DNA of 63,449 bases, the filler included, from Octopus bimaculoides (Eukaryota), in assembly GCF_001194135.2 (NCBI RefSeq). It is 3 parts of 3 records of this genome, joined end to end, with 100 filler letters (N's around TTAATTAATTAA, not from the genome) between each part and the next. Parts side by side here need not be neighbours in the genome. Positions count along the whole stretch, not along the records: positions 36,611 to 63,449 come from NC_068984.1; 2 more parts are not named here. One strand, written 5' to 3'. Both the position numbers and the translations under genes were made by a program. A model generated the notes under the pieces. It was given only the letters and a program-made list of their open reading frames with translations. It had not been told where the DNA came from and did no database searches. This document shows positions 37,260 to 50,660 of the stretch, one piece after another; the stretch's first letter is position 1, and every line of letters begins with the position of its first letter.

Positions 37260-37499
37260 GATCCGGTGGCTATGGACATCATCAGGAGGAACCACGTCCG
37301 GTTTCGGCCCCTACCCCTCTATTGTTTTCGACGTAGCGGCCCCACCCCCGCTTTCGGGGGTGCCTTCAACTCTGCCTTTGAGTGCATTATTTTTCTCTTT
37401 ATTATTTGGCCTTTTGTTTTTTGGTTTCTTCGATGCAGCCTCAATGAATGTCAACGGGCGAATGACCACCCTGCCAAATTTACTTTTAAATACTCGCAG
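37260..37499 (+). CDS. Candidate 240-nt exon, product unknown (possible hydrophobic/TM segment)
   Basis: Acceptor ctcacagcttctttatag|G, donor CAG|GTGAAT, length divisible by 3, two frames open, ATG in strong context (GTGGCTATGG). Confidence 0.35.
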
Positions 37500-37599
37500 G
37501 TGAATATTTAAAGATTCTTTTGGGAATCTCCGAATCTCAATTTTTCTCTCATTTGATTATGGTCTGACAATTTGAAAGCAGTTAATGAAAAAGTGTCTG

Positions 37600-37910
37600 C
37601 TTTAATGGTTAGCGTATTTGGCTTTCAATCATGAGGTAGTGAGTTCGATTGTCAGTATCACATTGTGTCCTTGACCAAGACACTTTATTTTTCGTTGCTC
37701 CAGTCCACTCAACCGGCAAAATTTAGTTGAACCTGTAATTCAAAGGGCCAGTTTTGTCAATTTTGTCACGCTGAATCTCACTAGGGAACTACGTTACGGG
37801 TACCTGTGTCTATGCTGGACTGAACCATTTGCATGTTAATTTCACGAGTAGACTATTTCGTTTATTGGATCAGTTCTAACACTTATCGTCGCAACCGATG
37901 GAGAGTCAGG
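37600..37910 (+). mobile_element. tRNA-derived SINE, family 3
   Basis: tggttagcg..gagttcgatt head, then gtccttgaccaagacacttta..ctccagtccactcaa..gtaattcaaagggcc..cacgctgaatctc..; related to 49420-49710 and 47730-47795. Confidence 0.8.
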
Positions 37911-38434
37911 CCAATAGGAAGTAATTACATTTTTAGTGAATCAATGTGTTTCGAATGACATTGAATCTTTGTTGGCATAGTTCCCACGAAGAACACATTA
38001 AACTATAAAACAAAGCAAGTAAATATTGGGTTGAAAAATCGATTCCTCCTAAAAAGTAACAATTGTTATTTCATCTTAACCGCTTACACCTCTTACCACA
38101 TACTTCGAAATTGCTTTTCTTTTTAACCTTTACTTCCAACGCTGAACTTATTTTGTAACTTGCACAGGCTCTTCACCGGGCTGTCCAGAACGAGAGAACA
38201 TCTCTGTGTTATAAAGACACGGAAAGGCAAGAAACAGAAGAAAATCTGAGGTTTCAGGCAATATCCTTCATCAAAGAAGAGAAAACAAATTAAGACCTGT
38301 AATATAAAGGGGGAAAAGAGTAAGATAAATTCAAGATATCAGCTTACACGGTAATGCTGAGGTAGAATTATATTCATACATAGATACATTCATATGTTTA
38401 GATGTACATAAAAAAGTACATATACAGAGATATA

Positions 38435-39704
38435 TCAGATTGAGTAAAAAGTGTTGTATTTCAACCTTTAATTAATAGATCAAACAAATTAGATACTATA
38501 AGCGTTTATTCATCAAAATATATTCCATATATTTTATTGTATGTTGTCCTCATTTTGTCTGAATTTCAATTCGACGCTTATCTTGGTTTAGAGGTAACAA
38601 TCTCTCTGCACCCGTTTTCAGCCTCATCCACATTGTTGAACCTCCTTTTCGGGCAGGAAATGAGCCATGGGTCGGAAGGAATGGTAATCTGATGGTGTAA
38701 GGTCTGGACTACAGGCAGGGTAAAGCAAAACTTCCAGCCACTCAAGTTGCTCACGTCTTCACTCGGTCACATTAGCAGTGTGTTGGGGGTATTGTCATGC
38801 TGTAATGAATTCGCGTCTTCGATTGGCTAATGGTGGATAGCGGGCTTTCAAAGCATCGTCTACTCGCTGAAGTTGTTGAACATAAAGGGTAGGGTTCATA
38901 GCATGACTATCTGGCTCAAACTCAAAGTGCAACACTTCCTCGAAATTCAAGCAGACACATAGGATAAACTTCTGTTTTAACTGCCCTTGTTTGTCAACAG
39001 GTTCTGAAGACTGACCAGAATGAAGCAACTGATTTCTCTTCTTAAGATTACGAAAGTGGATCCATTTTTCATTCCCAGTTACAATTCGACGCCAAACAAG
39101 GGTATCTCGAGAATTTGCCAGGGGTTGTTTGGAACTGGTTACACGTCGTTAACCCTGGTCATTGCTCAGTTAACGAGGAATTTCTGGACAACGTCTGTTT
39201 AAAAAGTCAGTGTTATGGACTAGTCAAGTAAGAGTTGGTCCTTTGTTAAAGACCAGCTTCTGCAGACAATGTACGAGTTCTTGTGTTTGACTATTGTCCA
39301 GCAGTTAACTCAAGCAAATTCAAATGTTTCAAAACGGAAGGTCACCCTGTCCTTGGTTTGTTGTCTTCGAGGCTAGTGTCAGGTTCCATGAAACGTCCGA
39401 ACCAGTTTTGTGCCACACGTTCGTTGACAATCCCTGAGTCGTTTGCATCATTAATTTCCTTTGTCACTGCTCTTCAACTCCTTTTTCGACAGGTATCACG
39501 ATGTGGCTCAAATTGCAATTTATTTACCACTCACTATCAAAGTTGTAAGATGAAGAATAAGCAGATAATAATGTTTGTATGAATGAAAATAAAGAATAAC
39601 CAATTCTGCAATGATTCGGCAACAAGTTGTTGTCATAACATGGAGATACAAGTTGCCAAAAATCATCAGTGAATATCCAAAAAAACATTTTGACTCAAAC
39701 CTGG
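38435..39704 (-). mobile_element. Full-length decayed mariner (DD34D-type), about 1.27 kb
   Basis: TIR TA|CCAGGTTTGAGTCAAAATG at 39704 and a degenerate partner at about 38435. Translations ..EINDANDSGIVNERVAQNWFGRF..SLEDNKPRTG.., FILCVCLNFEEVLHFEF..QQLQRV..RYPPLANR.., YPACSPDLTPSDYHSFRPM (cf. YSPDLAPSDY). Confidence 0.9.
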
Positions 39705-39928
39705 TATATACATACATACATACATACATACATACATACACATTAATATACACATCTACGTGCAAACATACACGCACATATATTCATATGTGCATGCACA
39801 AACATATCCATATATGTTTGTATACACTTAGATGCACACATACGCATACACACACATACACACACATAAACACAAAAATACATGCATATGTGTGTGTGTT
39901 TCTGTGTGTCTGTTTCTGTGTGTGTGTT

Positions 39929-39961
<33 letters not shown>

Positions 39962-40519
39962 ATGTGTGTGTGTGTGTGTGCGTGTGTGTGTACATGTACA
40001 TTGCAGTAAATACTCACAGGAAAACATGCATCTTATTATTGTTTAGCCTATCGTCGTAAATTTACCGAAGTGAGCTCTGTTTTTGATATTTATATCAATT
40101 TAATGTTTTAGCTTATTATCTGTCACCTTTCCAAGTTTTGATCGGCCTGGGCGAAGCACGTGCAGAGAACATTAAAACTATGGAAGGCAGGAAGAAGCTG
40201 CCGACTAAAGGATAAGTAAATCAAACTCAAGCCAACGTACGATGAAGGCAATTTTCTATATTTATACAGCGATGCTATTAGCTTCGTCGGAGTGACGTTA
40301 AGTATTTCACTCATGACAAATGTCTTTTCCTCTTCTCAAATCATATGACATGCGTAGTCTCTGTATAACTTACATATACAGCGGAAACCATGGTTTTTAG
40401 AGTCTCTTTCAGCAGGTGCCTTAAAGCAATAACAATCTGTAAATTGGTTTATCGATTGCAATTACCGTAGCTTTGAAGATAGGTTTCTTCTTTAATGAAT
40501 TATCAAATTCTTTTATAAG

Positions 40520-40981
40520 TAACGTAAATCTTAGAGTATAGTCCGCCTTTGAGTATAATACGCAGGGGATTTTTAGGGGGTTGTAACTCCGAAAAACCTA
40601 TACCTTGTGTATAATACGCACCCCTTCTGTAACATGAGTCAAGGAGGTCTATATAATGTCCTTGGTTTGTAAACGTATATACGGTAACATCCTTTATTAA
40701 TGCAAACGTGTAGCTTTTTTTGTGCACTTTGTTTGCAGAAAATACAGAAATAACATTGAAAAATAAATATTAAGTAAATTGCCTTTACATATTTGTCATA
40801 ATCAGTTACAAGCCCGACATCACAAAATGCGTCTGAATAAACATTACCGGACAGCAAATAGAGACCCGGACATTGCTTAGAAAATATATTTCATTTTTAA
40901 CCTCGTATATAGTACGCACTAGGGATTTTGACCTTTAAATTTTAGGAAAAAAATGCGGATCATACTCGAGGATTTACAGTA
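40520..40981. mobile_element. pogo/Tigger-type MITE
   Basis: TIRs taacgtaaatcttagagtatagtccgc and gcggatcatactcgaggatttacagta; internal repeated gtataatacgca motifs. Confidence 0.7.
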
Positions 40982-41294
40982 GTACATAGACGGTCCTCTG
41001 CACTGGTAAGTTTTCTTGGAGATTCTTACGTTGATAACAGAAACAGTATTTTAAGAATGATCCGAACTCGGTAAGCTGTAATAAAACTGTAGTAAAAAAG
41101 AGGAATAAGCAAGGTGCAAGATCCATTAGTTCTTTACAAATTTAGTTTGTAAAGGACGTGACATATTCGACTTGAAGATATATTATATGAGACTTATTTT
41201 GTATCAGATTTCACAGTAATCACCTCCGGATGATTTTGTATTGGTATAATCTTGTGTTGAAGAAGCAATTCTCTTCATCCTTTATTTCGATCAG

Positions 41295-41450
41295 TCACTG
41301 AACTTCGGCCTTGATATGGCACCACCTTCAAACGCCTTGCACAGCAAATCGCCCTCGGCACTTATTTTTAGGGTCTGGTATTGTATCGGTTTCTTATGCG
41401 GGAACAGAAACAAAGCAAACCAGTTGGCGAACACATACACACTTGCATAC
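41295..41450 (-). mobile_element. Old SINE family 1, 3' fragment
   Basis: ggcaccaccttcaa..cacttatt..tattgtatcggtttctt. Confidence 0.55.
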
Positions 41451-41824
41451 ACGCCCGCACACACACATACATACACACATACATACACACACACACACAT
41501 ACACCCCCCCACACATTGGTGGATAAATGTCCTTTATTTGGTTTAATGGTTTCATGAGAAGAGATCTTCACAATTGTTTAAGCGTGCTACATGAAAATGT
41601 CAGTACTCCTCTCCACTTTGGATAAGAATCGTATCCAAAATGGAGGGAACTACAAACACTTCCATGTGCCACGCTTGAACAATTGTGAAGATGTCTTAAA
41701 ATGAAACCATTGGTTGCTTTGTTAACCACAAATAAAGTACATACATACATGCATATATATATATATGCATGTGTGTGTGTTTGTATGTATATATATATAT
41801 GTATATATGTATAAACACATCACA

Positions 41825-41917
<93 letters not shown>

Positions 41918-44169
41918 TTTATGTATGTGTATTTTGAATCGAAATCAATAATAGAAGAAAGACAGATGTAGCTGACATCAATTTTAGGATCTTTAGCCTA
42001 AATTTGATCTGAGAACAAACGAAACTGAAGCCAGACTCTGTACGTTTGTTTTATCTTACCTTACAATAATTATAAGCGCTTTCTTTACGGCTTCGTTACA
42101 ATTAGAAAAGACACGACTGTAGCGTAAATGTTTTCTTAATAATCTTTAAAGATACACACGGTCCATTTCGAAACGATAATGAACTAACTTGTATGTATCA
42201 ATCTTTAACAGATTTTATCTTAGAAACATTTAGCGAAATTATTTCTACATCAGATTTAAAACTAATTATATTCTCTTATCTTTCCCATTTCTACTTTCAG
42301 ATCTGTGGCTTATAGCGAATGTTTTACCAATTTTTTAAAATCACTTCACAATCAGGTGTGCATTATAATGGCTCGAATGAAGATGTTACGAAGTTCACTT
42401 CGACATTTTGTGGGCCTACACATTGATGCAGCTCAACTGGACAAGTGTTCATCTTCAACTGCCACATCTTCAGGAAAATCAAGACCTTTTCGAACTTGCT
42501 GTATTGAATAATGTTGTCTTGTCTCTTGACGTAAACGCAAGCGCAGTTAGGAATACATACCACAGGAAGAGAAAATAGAATGGCCAAGACGAAAGTAGGA
42601 GGCACGAAAGATAGAAAGTCGGTGAGGAGGTCACAGAATGTGTGGCGAAAGAACTCTGACAAATAAACAAGTAATGATGATAAAACTAAGTGAATATCAA
42701 ATAACTAGTGCATGTCTTTATTGACAAAAGATGACCATCCCTAAATATAACAAAGACTAATATTATATATTTTAAAGATGAAACCCTTATGCTTTATCGT
42801 ATGTTCACATTGTTTTCACTTTCCCCCTCCTTTTTTCTGTCTGTTTTTTCTTTGTCTTAGTCGCTAAGAGTTCATCAGATGATTTATCTGTTTCGGTGTT
42901 TGGTTTCCAACGCATCAATTGCCAAACAACAGCATCTACTAGCTTTTTGACGCCTACCAAATGGGACAGTTCGATCTTAAAGCGTTGAAGTTGTTTGGAT
43001 CCATGACGGGAGAGCTGATAAAACATAACATTTTGCCTTTGTATCGTCTCTTGCGTTAATATTTTTATGGCTTACACTCGTTCCTTATACAAACGTACAG
43101 ACACACATACACACATGTACTTGCGTGGATACACACATACGTACATAAATACATACATACATGCATACGTGCATACATTTATGGTGGATTAAGGGTGAAC
43201 TTGCACCCCTTGTACCCTGGCTATAAATTCTCATTTGTACCTATCATAATGGGTGCACTAGTCTGTGAACTTACAAATTTACACAAAAACCGAGCGATAC
43301 TGGGTTTCACGGAAAAAGAGCAAAAGAAACTGACGAGGATTCTCTAAATCTAATTTATCATTAGCGCAGTGAAAATGTGTAAGACATTCCAAAGATTCCT
43401 CACCTGAGATTCTTTAGATGAATAAATACACACCTTTGGATGTGTGTATCGACAGTTCAACCAACACACCATACATTATTAACTACACACTTACAAACAC
43501 CGGGAACTCAACTCAAAACGTTTTCTCTCATTATTAGCAACTGGCTTGAACTCCCTGAATAACTAAAATAAAACTCAAAGAAACAGAGAGCACGCGCGCC
43601 ACAAGTACATTATTTTGTATATATGAGGTGTCGAATGAACGAGGATATCCGATTGGTAGCTGACGAGAGATGTTCCTCATTTATCCTGTTAAATATATTT
43701 CCGATCTCTTTGATTATTTCACTCACCTAAAACACCGCATGTTCTAAAATACCTTTTTCTTATTGCGTTCCCTCCTAGAATATATATTACAAGGTAGTTA
43801 GAAAACTTCAGACTAGGCAGATATATGGCAGATATGAAACATATGTATATTTCACCTCGTTAGGGCTTAACAGCAATTACCGTTTGTTTTCACTGTCCTG
43901 TGTTTGTTACCAACTTTGATCCTCCGCAAATTCCAAATTTTATTTAATTTGCTTTGCAGGAGCAACTGTTTTGACGAAGACGCATCTTGTCCAAATGTTC
44001 GAAGTGGGGAGTAGATAAAACAGGGGACAAATGATGAAGGGGTTGTTCTTTATGTTGCCCGTCTTGTTTTTCTATTTGTTTCTTTCGTTGTTGATTCGTT
44101 TTCCATGTTGTTGTAATTCATGTTCCCGTATATCGTGTTGTTTACGTTTTTTCACGTCCTGTACCCATA

Positions 44170-44257
44170 TATGCATGTGTATATACATTATATGTAAGTA
44201 TGTACATGTATGTGTGTATATATATATATATATGCATAAATATATATATATATATAC

Positions 44258-44291
<34 letters not shown>

Positions 44292-44700
44292 ATATATATA
44301 AACATATATATAGATATATACATATATATGTATATGTATAAATATATATACATATATATACATATATATACATATATATACATATATATATACACATATA
44401 CATAAGCATGTATATGTATATACATATATATGCATATATATATCCATATATATATATATGTACATATCTATACACACACACACAAACACCTATATGCATA
44501 TATATATCCATANNNNNNNNNNTATATAGAGAGAGAGAGAGAGAGGTATACACACATATATACATTATATATGTATATATATACATATATATACAAATAT
44601 GTATAATTATACATATGCATACCTATGCACCAACAGACATACCCGCACGCAAGCACACACACTCACACAAATACAAACACACACACACACACACGCATAT
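44170..44700. repeat. Complex (TA)n/(CATA)n microsatellite
   Basis: Direct reading. Confidence 0.95.
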
Positions 44701-45187
44701 ATTTCATGCCCGCAAATAATATCATGAAAAGAGGCACTTGACCATGGAATTCTATTCTGCTATGGGATAATTACCTAGGCTTCCTTTACCAGCAAACCAC
44801 TTTAAGCGCTTTTTGCATGTCGAATCTCTGATCATTCTACGTGCAAGAAATTCTTTAGGGCAATAAGTGTGCATAAAAGATAATATCTCAAAGCAGGTTT
44901 AGTTGAGATTGTTCGACAAGAAATTCTCATAACAATCTCTACTCGTATCTGTTATTGCACGAATTTCTTGCCACATTTGATGTATATACGTTCGAAAGAA
45001 TTGAAAAATCTGTGCGAAAAACAATCAAGTGCTTGCATGGTCATATATTGCAATGGATGCACGCCAAAATTATGATAACTTCAGTCCGATTTGAGGTGCT
45101 ACCTATCAAATTTGGTGTACTTCAGTTTCACAATCTCCGCCATTTAATATTTTTATTCTCTTTACCTCTTTCTTATTTCTTTATTGC

Positions 45188-45362
45188 CCACAAGGGGCTA
45201 AACATAGAAGGGACAAACAAGGACAAACAAAGGGATTAAGTCGATTACATCGACTTCAGTGCGTAAATGGTACTTAATTTATCGACCCCGAAAAAAATTA
45301 AAGGCAAAGTCAACCTCGGCGGAATTTGAACTCAGAACGTAACGCCGGGTGAAATTAGACGC
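45188..45362 (-). mobile_element. SINE family 2
   Basis: aagtcgattacatcgac..ggtacttaatttatcgaccccg..gtcaacctcggcggaatttgaactcagaacg. Confidence 0.9.
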
Positions 45363-45430
45363 CTGCCTCTGTTCTAGTCTTTTACTATATCAACACCGGA
45401 GAGTTGAAATGCAAAGTTGATCTGAGCAGG

Positions 45431-45580
45431 ATGTGGTAAGTAGCTTGCTTACCATCCACATGGTCCGGGTTCAGTCCCACTGCGTGGCACCTTGGGCAAG
45501 TGTCTTCTACTATAGCCTCGGGCCGACCAAAACCTTGTCAGTGGTTTTGGTAGACAGAAACTGAAAGAAGCCCGCCGTAC

Positions 45581-45634
<54 letters not shown>

Positions 45635-45820
45635 ATGTGCGTCTGTGTTTGTCCCCTCAACATCACTTGACAACCGATGCTGTTGTGTTTACGTCCCCGT
45701 AACTTAGCGGTTCGGCAAAATAGACTGATAAAATAAGTACTAGGCTTACAAAGGTCGATTTGCTCGTCTGAAGGTGGTGCTCCAGCATGGCCGCAGTCAT
45801 ATGACTGAAACAAGTAAAAG
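45431..45820 (+). mobile_element. SINE family 1, near full length
   Basis: Head with ggttcagtcccactgcgtggcacc, central (TA)n(TG)n, 3' body and tail. Confidence 0.9.
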
Positions 45821-48409
45821 TGAGTTCGAGAAAAAAAGAGAGTTGGAGGAGACAGCGCATGTTTTTTCCCTGACGCTCGCTGTCCTAACAACGACAATAA
45901 GAAGAACAACAATACTGGAATGAGGGATTACATATTGAACTCGTTTCCGATCATCAACGCTGTGTAGTTAGCAGTTCTGTGCCAGAATATTCTCTCATTG
46001 AGAATATGTTCTTCTCCGACATAGATTATTTACAGCTAGATGACTCAGAAGAAGAGACGGAAAACGAAAACGTGCAAAAAGCAATATCCTAGCAAAAAGA
46101 GACACTGACGGGTTCTAAACTGCATGAGAAATTTCGGAACACGAAAGAAACCTTTGCTACTATTACTACTATCGCCACCGCCACCGCCGCCGCAACCACT
46201 GCTGTTGGTTAACACGTGCACACACAAAACATAAGAAATAAAGAGAAAGAAAACCTTAAACATTAACAATATCTGAAGATAATTAAGGGACTGGATAAAA
46301 GATCCTGTTACAACTCAGAAATATTGCATTTTTATGACGATCTGCTTCCCGTTACTTTTTCTTCTTGTTTGTTCGAGTGCTGCTTTTTGTTGAATTTAAT
46401 TTAATTTTTTCCCCTTGTATATGATGTTATCAGAATTAGATCCGACGATATCTAATTTATGTAAAGACAAAAGTTAAAATAACAAGAATGTATAGGAGAG
46501 AAAAATAAAATTCAATCATTTACTTTACAACTGAAAAGAAAGCAAAATTGCTAAAATTTTTCATTAAAAATAATTAAAACTAGAAATAAATTACATTCTA
46601 AGATTTCATGGTTTATATTTCTTACACAGCACAAGATAGGTTTATTGTTTCCTATAAAGCGAGTTAATTAAAAAATATAACTGTAGGCATTTAACGTTTA
46701 ATTTTGAAGTTGACATTATTACTGAAAATGAAAATTTTTAAAAGTAACAAAACCACTTATTTTGACAGATTCGCTAAGATTTAAATGTGATTTATTGAAA
46801 AGATAAGTTGTAGTAGCATCTATAGAATTAAACTGTGACAAGCTTCAGCAGTCAGTCGTATATTTGTGTCTATATTCGATTCCCCCTAGATCTAAGATAT
46901 ATTTTACGAAAGAAAAAATACATTTGAGTAGATTAATCGTACAATTTATCATAAAATAAAGGAGTTTGAACATATCAAATAGGTTAATCATTATATTTTC
47001 TATATTTTATTGCTATATAATATTATAGAATCAGGTATACGCTTTTGTGTACATGAAGTATTTGTATTTGCATAAGGACAATTATATATTTGTATCTATA
47101 CAAAAACACACATGCATAAATGCATGCATACATACATGCATACATAATACATACATACATACATGCGTACTTACATAGATTTCATGGCTCAACATTATGT
47201 ACAAGCTTTAAACAAGTCGTCTCGACCAGTTCGTCCTGAATCCTCGTGAGCTCAACAACATAGTAACTGATGTGCTGACAGATGGGAGGAACAGAATGTA
47301 GGTATGTACTGAACAACTTTAGCTCTTCAGCCAGCCATCTTGTTTAATGAAATCATGGAGTTGTAGAGACATTCTAAGCGTGAGCAGTACTGTTATCTCA
47401 GCCATTTATATTCTTTGGAAACATTGAATCCTAGGACACATGGCAGACTTATATCTAGGTCTAAGCCTGTTTTTCTAGAATGGGGAAACAAGTTTCTGGC
47501 AGAAAGAAAAGCTTCATAATTGGAATTTGGATTGGATAACAGCATCGATAGTTATTAAATATTGAAATTTAAGAAAGCTTTGCCTATTTTTCCTGTCCCA
47601 CCTAGAAATTTTAGGTAGAACATATCTATTACCGAATATCTTTTCATTCTTTGGTTAGCCTCGGGTCAACCTATGCGATATTAGTGATAATAATCAAACG
47701 GGATCTATAAGATCTCATCGAATGCATTGCATATGTAATTCAAAGGGTACAGCCTTGTCTCACAACATGTCACTCATTCTGTCAGAGAATTACGTTTTCG
47801 GTCGAACTGGCTGTGAAATGCTGGCCTGGTGATACGTTTGAATGGACAACTGAATCTTCCTCGTCGAAACCGACTGCAAGGTGCAGACACACGCACAGAC
47901 ACGCACGAACACGCACACACTCGCACATACGCATACACACACACACACACTCACACACACACACAAACACACATACACACACCACATGCTCGCACACACG
48001 CACAACTTTTAAAAGTCACCTCTACAGATTTTCCATAGAAACTAGATCTAGCACTGGAAGTTACAACCTTTCGTATACAAATACGTATATTTAAAAGATG
48101 TGATCGAAGAAATATGAATAGATAATGGTTGTGTGTATATGCATGTTTCAGGAATTCTTGCTCCTTCTTCAGTGTCCCATCGAACCTTTTAACTACCCCC
48201 AAATACATTGCTTAAATAGTCCACCAAATAAGTGATTGAATAGCACTGCTAACACAGGTGGGACGCAATATTGATTTCCAAGCCTTTAATATACTTGATA
48301 GTATATTATAGTTGCTTAATGAAATACGGCGTCCTACCAGTAATTATTGTGGATGTACAAGGTGCCTGGAATGTTTTTAATATGTAAAATCGGTATATCT
48401 AATTGCAAT

Positions 48410-48512
48410 ACTCTGCTGTATTTGGGATAGATTTGTTCGACTACCTCCTTCAAGGCGGCGCCTTAGTGTGGTTGCAGTCCAATGATTAAAGCAAATAATG
48501 GATAAAAAGATA
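48410..48512 (+). mobile_element. SINE family 1 tail fragment
   Basis: gatttgttcgact..ccttcaaggcggcgcc..gcagtccaatga. Confidence 0.6.
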
Positions 48513-49144
48513 TGTTTTCTTTTTTGTATAGACTTTACTCTGAGTATCCACTTGTCGACATTCAGTCTGAACATCTACAGGCATCGACTGCTAGGGTTGC
48601 GAATACTACATACAACATTAGCTATACAACTAAATATTTAATAAATGTGTTAAAACATCTGTAACTGCCATAAAGGCAGCAACATTAATACTAAAAAAAA
48701 ATACTGTATTGTTAAATGGACTGTGAATACTATTTCTAGAAAGACTAAGTTTATACGAAGTCGTAATTTGGCTCTTATATTTTCTATATTTTATTGCTAT
48801 ATAATATTATGTTAGGTAATTTATGTTAGGTAATTTATGTTAGGTAATTCCGGGTTCAGCTTTACGTTGTTGAGGGTAGTTTTCGTGTATCAGTAGACTG
48901 AATTCATCATTATAATTGACGCTTCTTAAAAACTATATGTGATTGCTTGCGTGTGTGTATTTGTGCGTATGTCAATACATCACGAATTGATTTGGATTAA
49001 ATGAAAAGCTATAACGAACAATGCTATTTCGTTTGCAAAATCAAAAACATACACTTCACACAATTTCTCCTAGCATTTCATTTATACACGAATTATACTA
49101 TACACTCACCTCCTCCCCACACGCATATATGTACACACAAATAT

Positions 49145-49185
<41 letters not shown>

Positions 49186-49419
49186 CTGTGCTGTGCATGT
49201 ATACTTGCATTCATTTAATATTCTTGTGAGAAAATATTTTACATGAGGCTGTTTTAGACGTGAGTATTAAGAAATATTTTATACAAGCAACATAATCATT
49301 TTAGGAGTTTAAAAACGTGTTAGCAATGACAAACGGAGTACATATTTTCCCCTTGATAGTTTTAAAAGTAATTTCTGTAGAAAATCGGAGTTTGTATTAC
49401 AAAATTTTTTGTGGCATTC

Positions 49420-49705
49420 ATTGTGGCACTCCATCGGTTACAACGACAAGGGTTCCAGTTGATCCGATCAACGGAACAGCCTGCTCATGAACTTAACGTG
49501 CAAGTGGCTGAACACTCCACAGACACGTGTACCCTTAATGTAGTTCTCGGGGAGATACAGATACAAGAGACACAGGAAGAGTGCGACAAAGTTGTGATGA
49601 AAGAATGCAGCAGGGTTCGCCACCACTCCCTGTCGGAACCGCGTGGAGCTTTCGGCGTTTCCGTTAAATAAACACTCACAACGCCCGGTCTGGGAATCGA
49701 AACTA
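49420..49705 (-). mobile_element. tRNA-derived SINE, family 3
   Basis: gatccgatcaacggaacagcctgctc..gcaagtggctgaacactccacagacacgtgtaccc..; B box GTTTCGATTCC on the minus strand at about 49692-49702. Confidence 0.85.
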
Positions 49706-50140
49706 ACTATCATAACAAACTAAAAAATTGAATAAATAGAAGAAATGTGATGAAGCTGAGAAGGCAGCTTATAGAAAGCACAGACAGTAAACAATGGAAA
49801 ACAAAACAGCGGAATACGAAACTAAAGTGTCAAAAGGCAAAAAGTGCTATCCTCCTTAGGCCTTAAATGATAAGGCTGGAAAGATATCAAGTCAGTCAGG
49901 AATAGGCAGAATTTGCCAATTCTTCAGAATATATTTATACATATGCATGCAACCACTGAAAATTTCTGACGTGGAATTCAATAGAGAGTTAGGGATCTTA
50001 GATCTGAACAGGATCTGTGCTCTTTCAGCCAAACAAAGTCTACATTTATTTGATCCATTCACATAAGGTATGGATTTCTCAATTACTTTCCATTTAAATC
50101 AAATGCAATGTTTCGTTATCTTTCAAAGTCCATACGTAGC

Positions 50141-50185
<45 letters not shown>

Positions 50186-50501
50186 NNNNNNNNNNNNNNN
50201 NNNNNNNNNNNNNNNNNNNNNNNNNNNNNNNNNNNNNNNNNNNNNNNNNNNNNNNNNNNNNNNNNNNNNNNNNNNNNNNNNNNNNNNNNNNNNNNNNNNN
50301 NNNNNNNNNNNNNNNNNNNNNNNNNNNNNNNNNNNNNNNNNNNNNNNNNNNNNNNNNNNNNNNNNNNNNNNNNNNNNNNNNNNNNNNNNNNNNNNNNNNN
50401 NNNNNNNNNNNNNNNNNNNNNNNNNNNNNNNNNNNNNNNNNNNNNNNNNNNNNNNNNNNNNNNNNNNNNNNNNNATATATATATATATATATATATATAT
50501 A

Positions 50502-50660
50502 CACGACGAACTTTCACACAATTTCCATCTACAAAATTTACTGACAACCCATTGCTCGGTCCGAGATATAGAAGAGGACACTTTCCCAAGGTGTTATACA
50601 GTGGAACTTAATCATAATCCACTTTGCTGCAAATCGGGCTTCTTAACAAGACGGCCATGT
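50502..50660 (-). mobile_element. Old SINE family 1, 5' half
   Basis: cgacgaactttc..tttccatctac..gacactttcccaaggtg..cagtggaac. Confidence 0.7.

Noticed and set aside
37270-37312. Type II hammerhead-like order on the minus strand (GAAACCGGAC..CUGAUGA)
   Set aside because: U16.1 is missing and stems I and II do not pair.
42860-42905. GAAAC..CUGAUGA on the minus strand
   Set aside because: CAGAU/AUCUG pairing sequesters the core and no hammerhead stems form.
43960-44012. SNCFDEDASCP resembling the start of an ShK domain
   Set aside because: A stop follows within a few codons and the remaining cysteines are absent.
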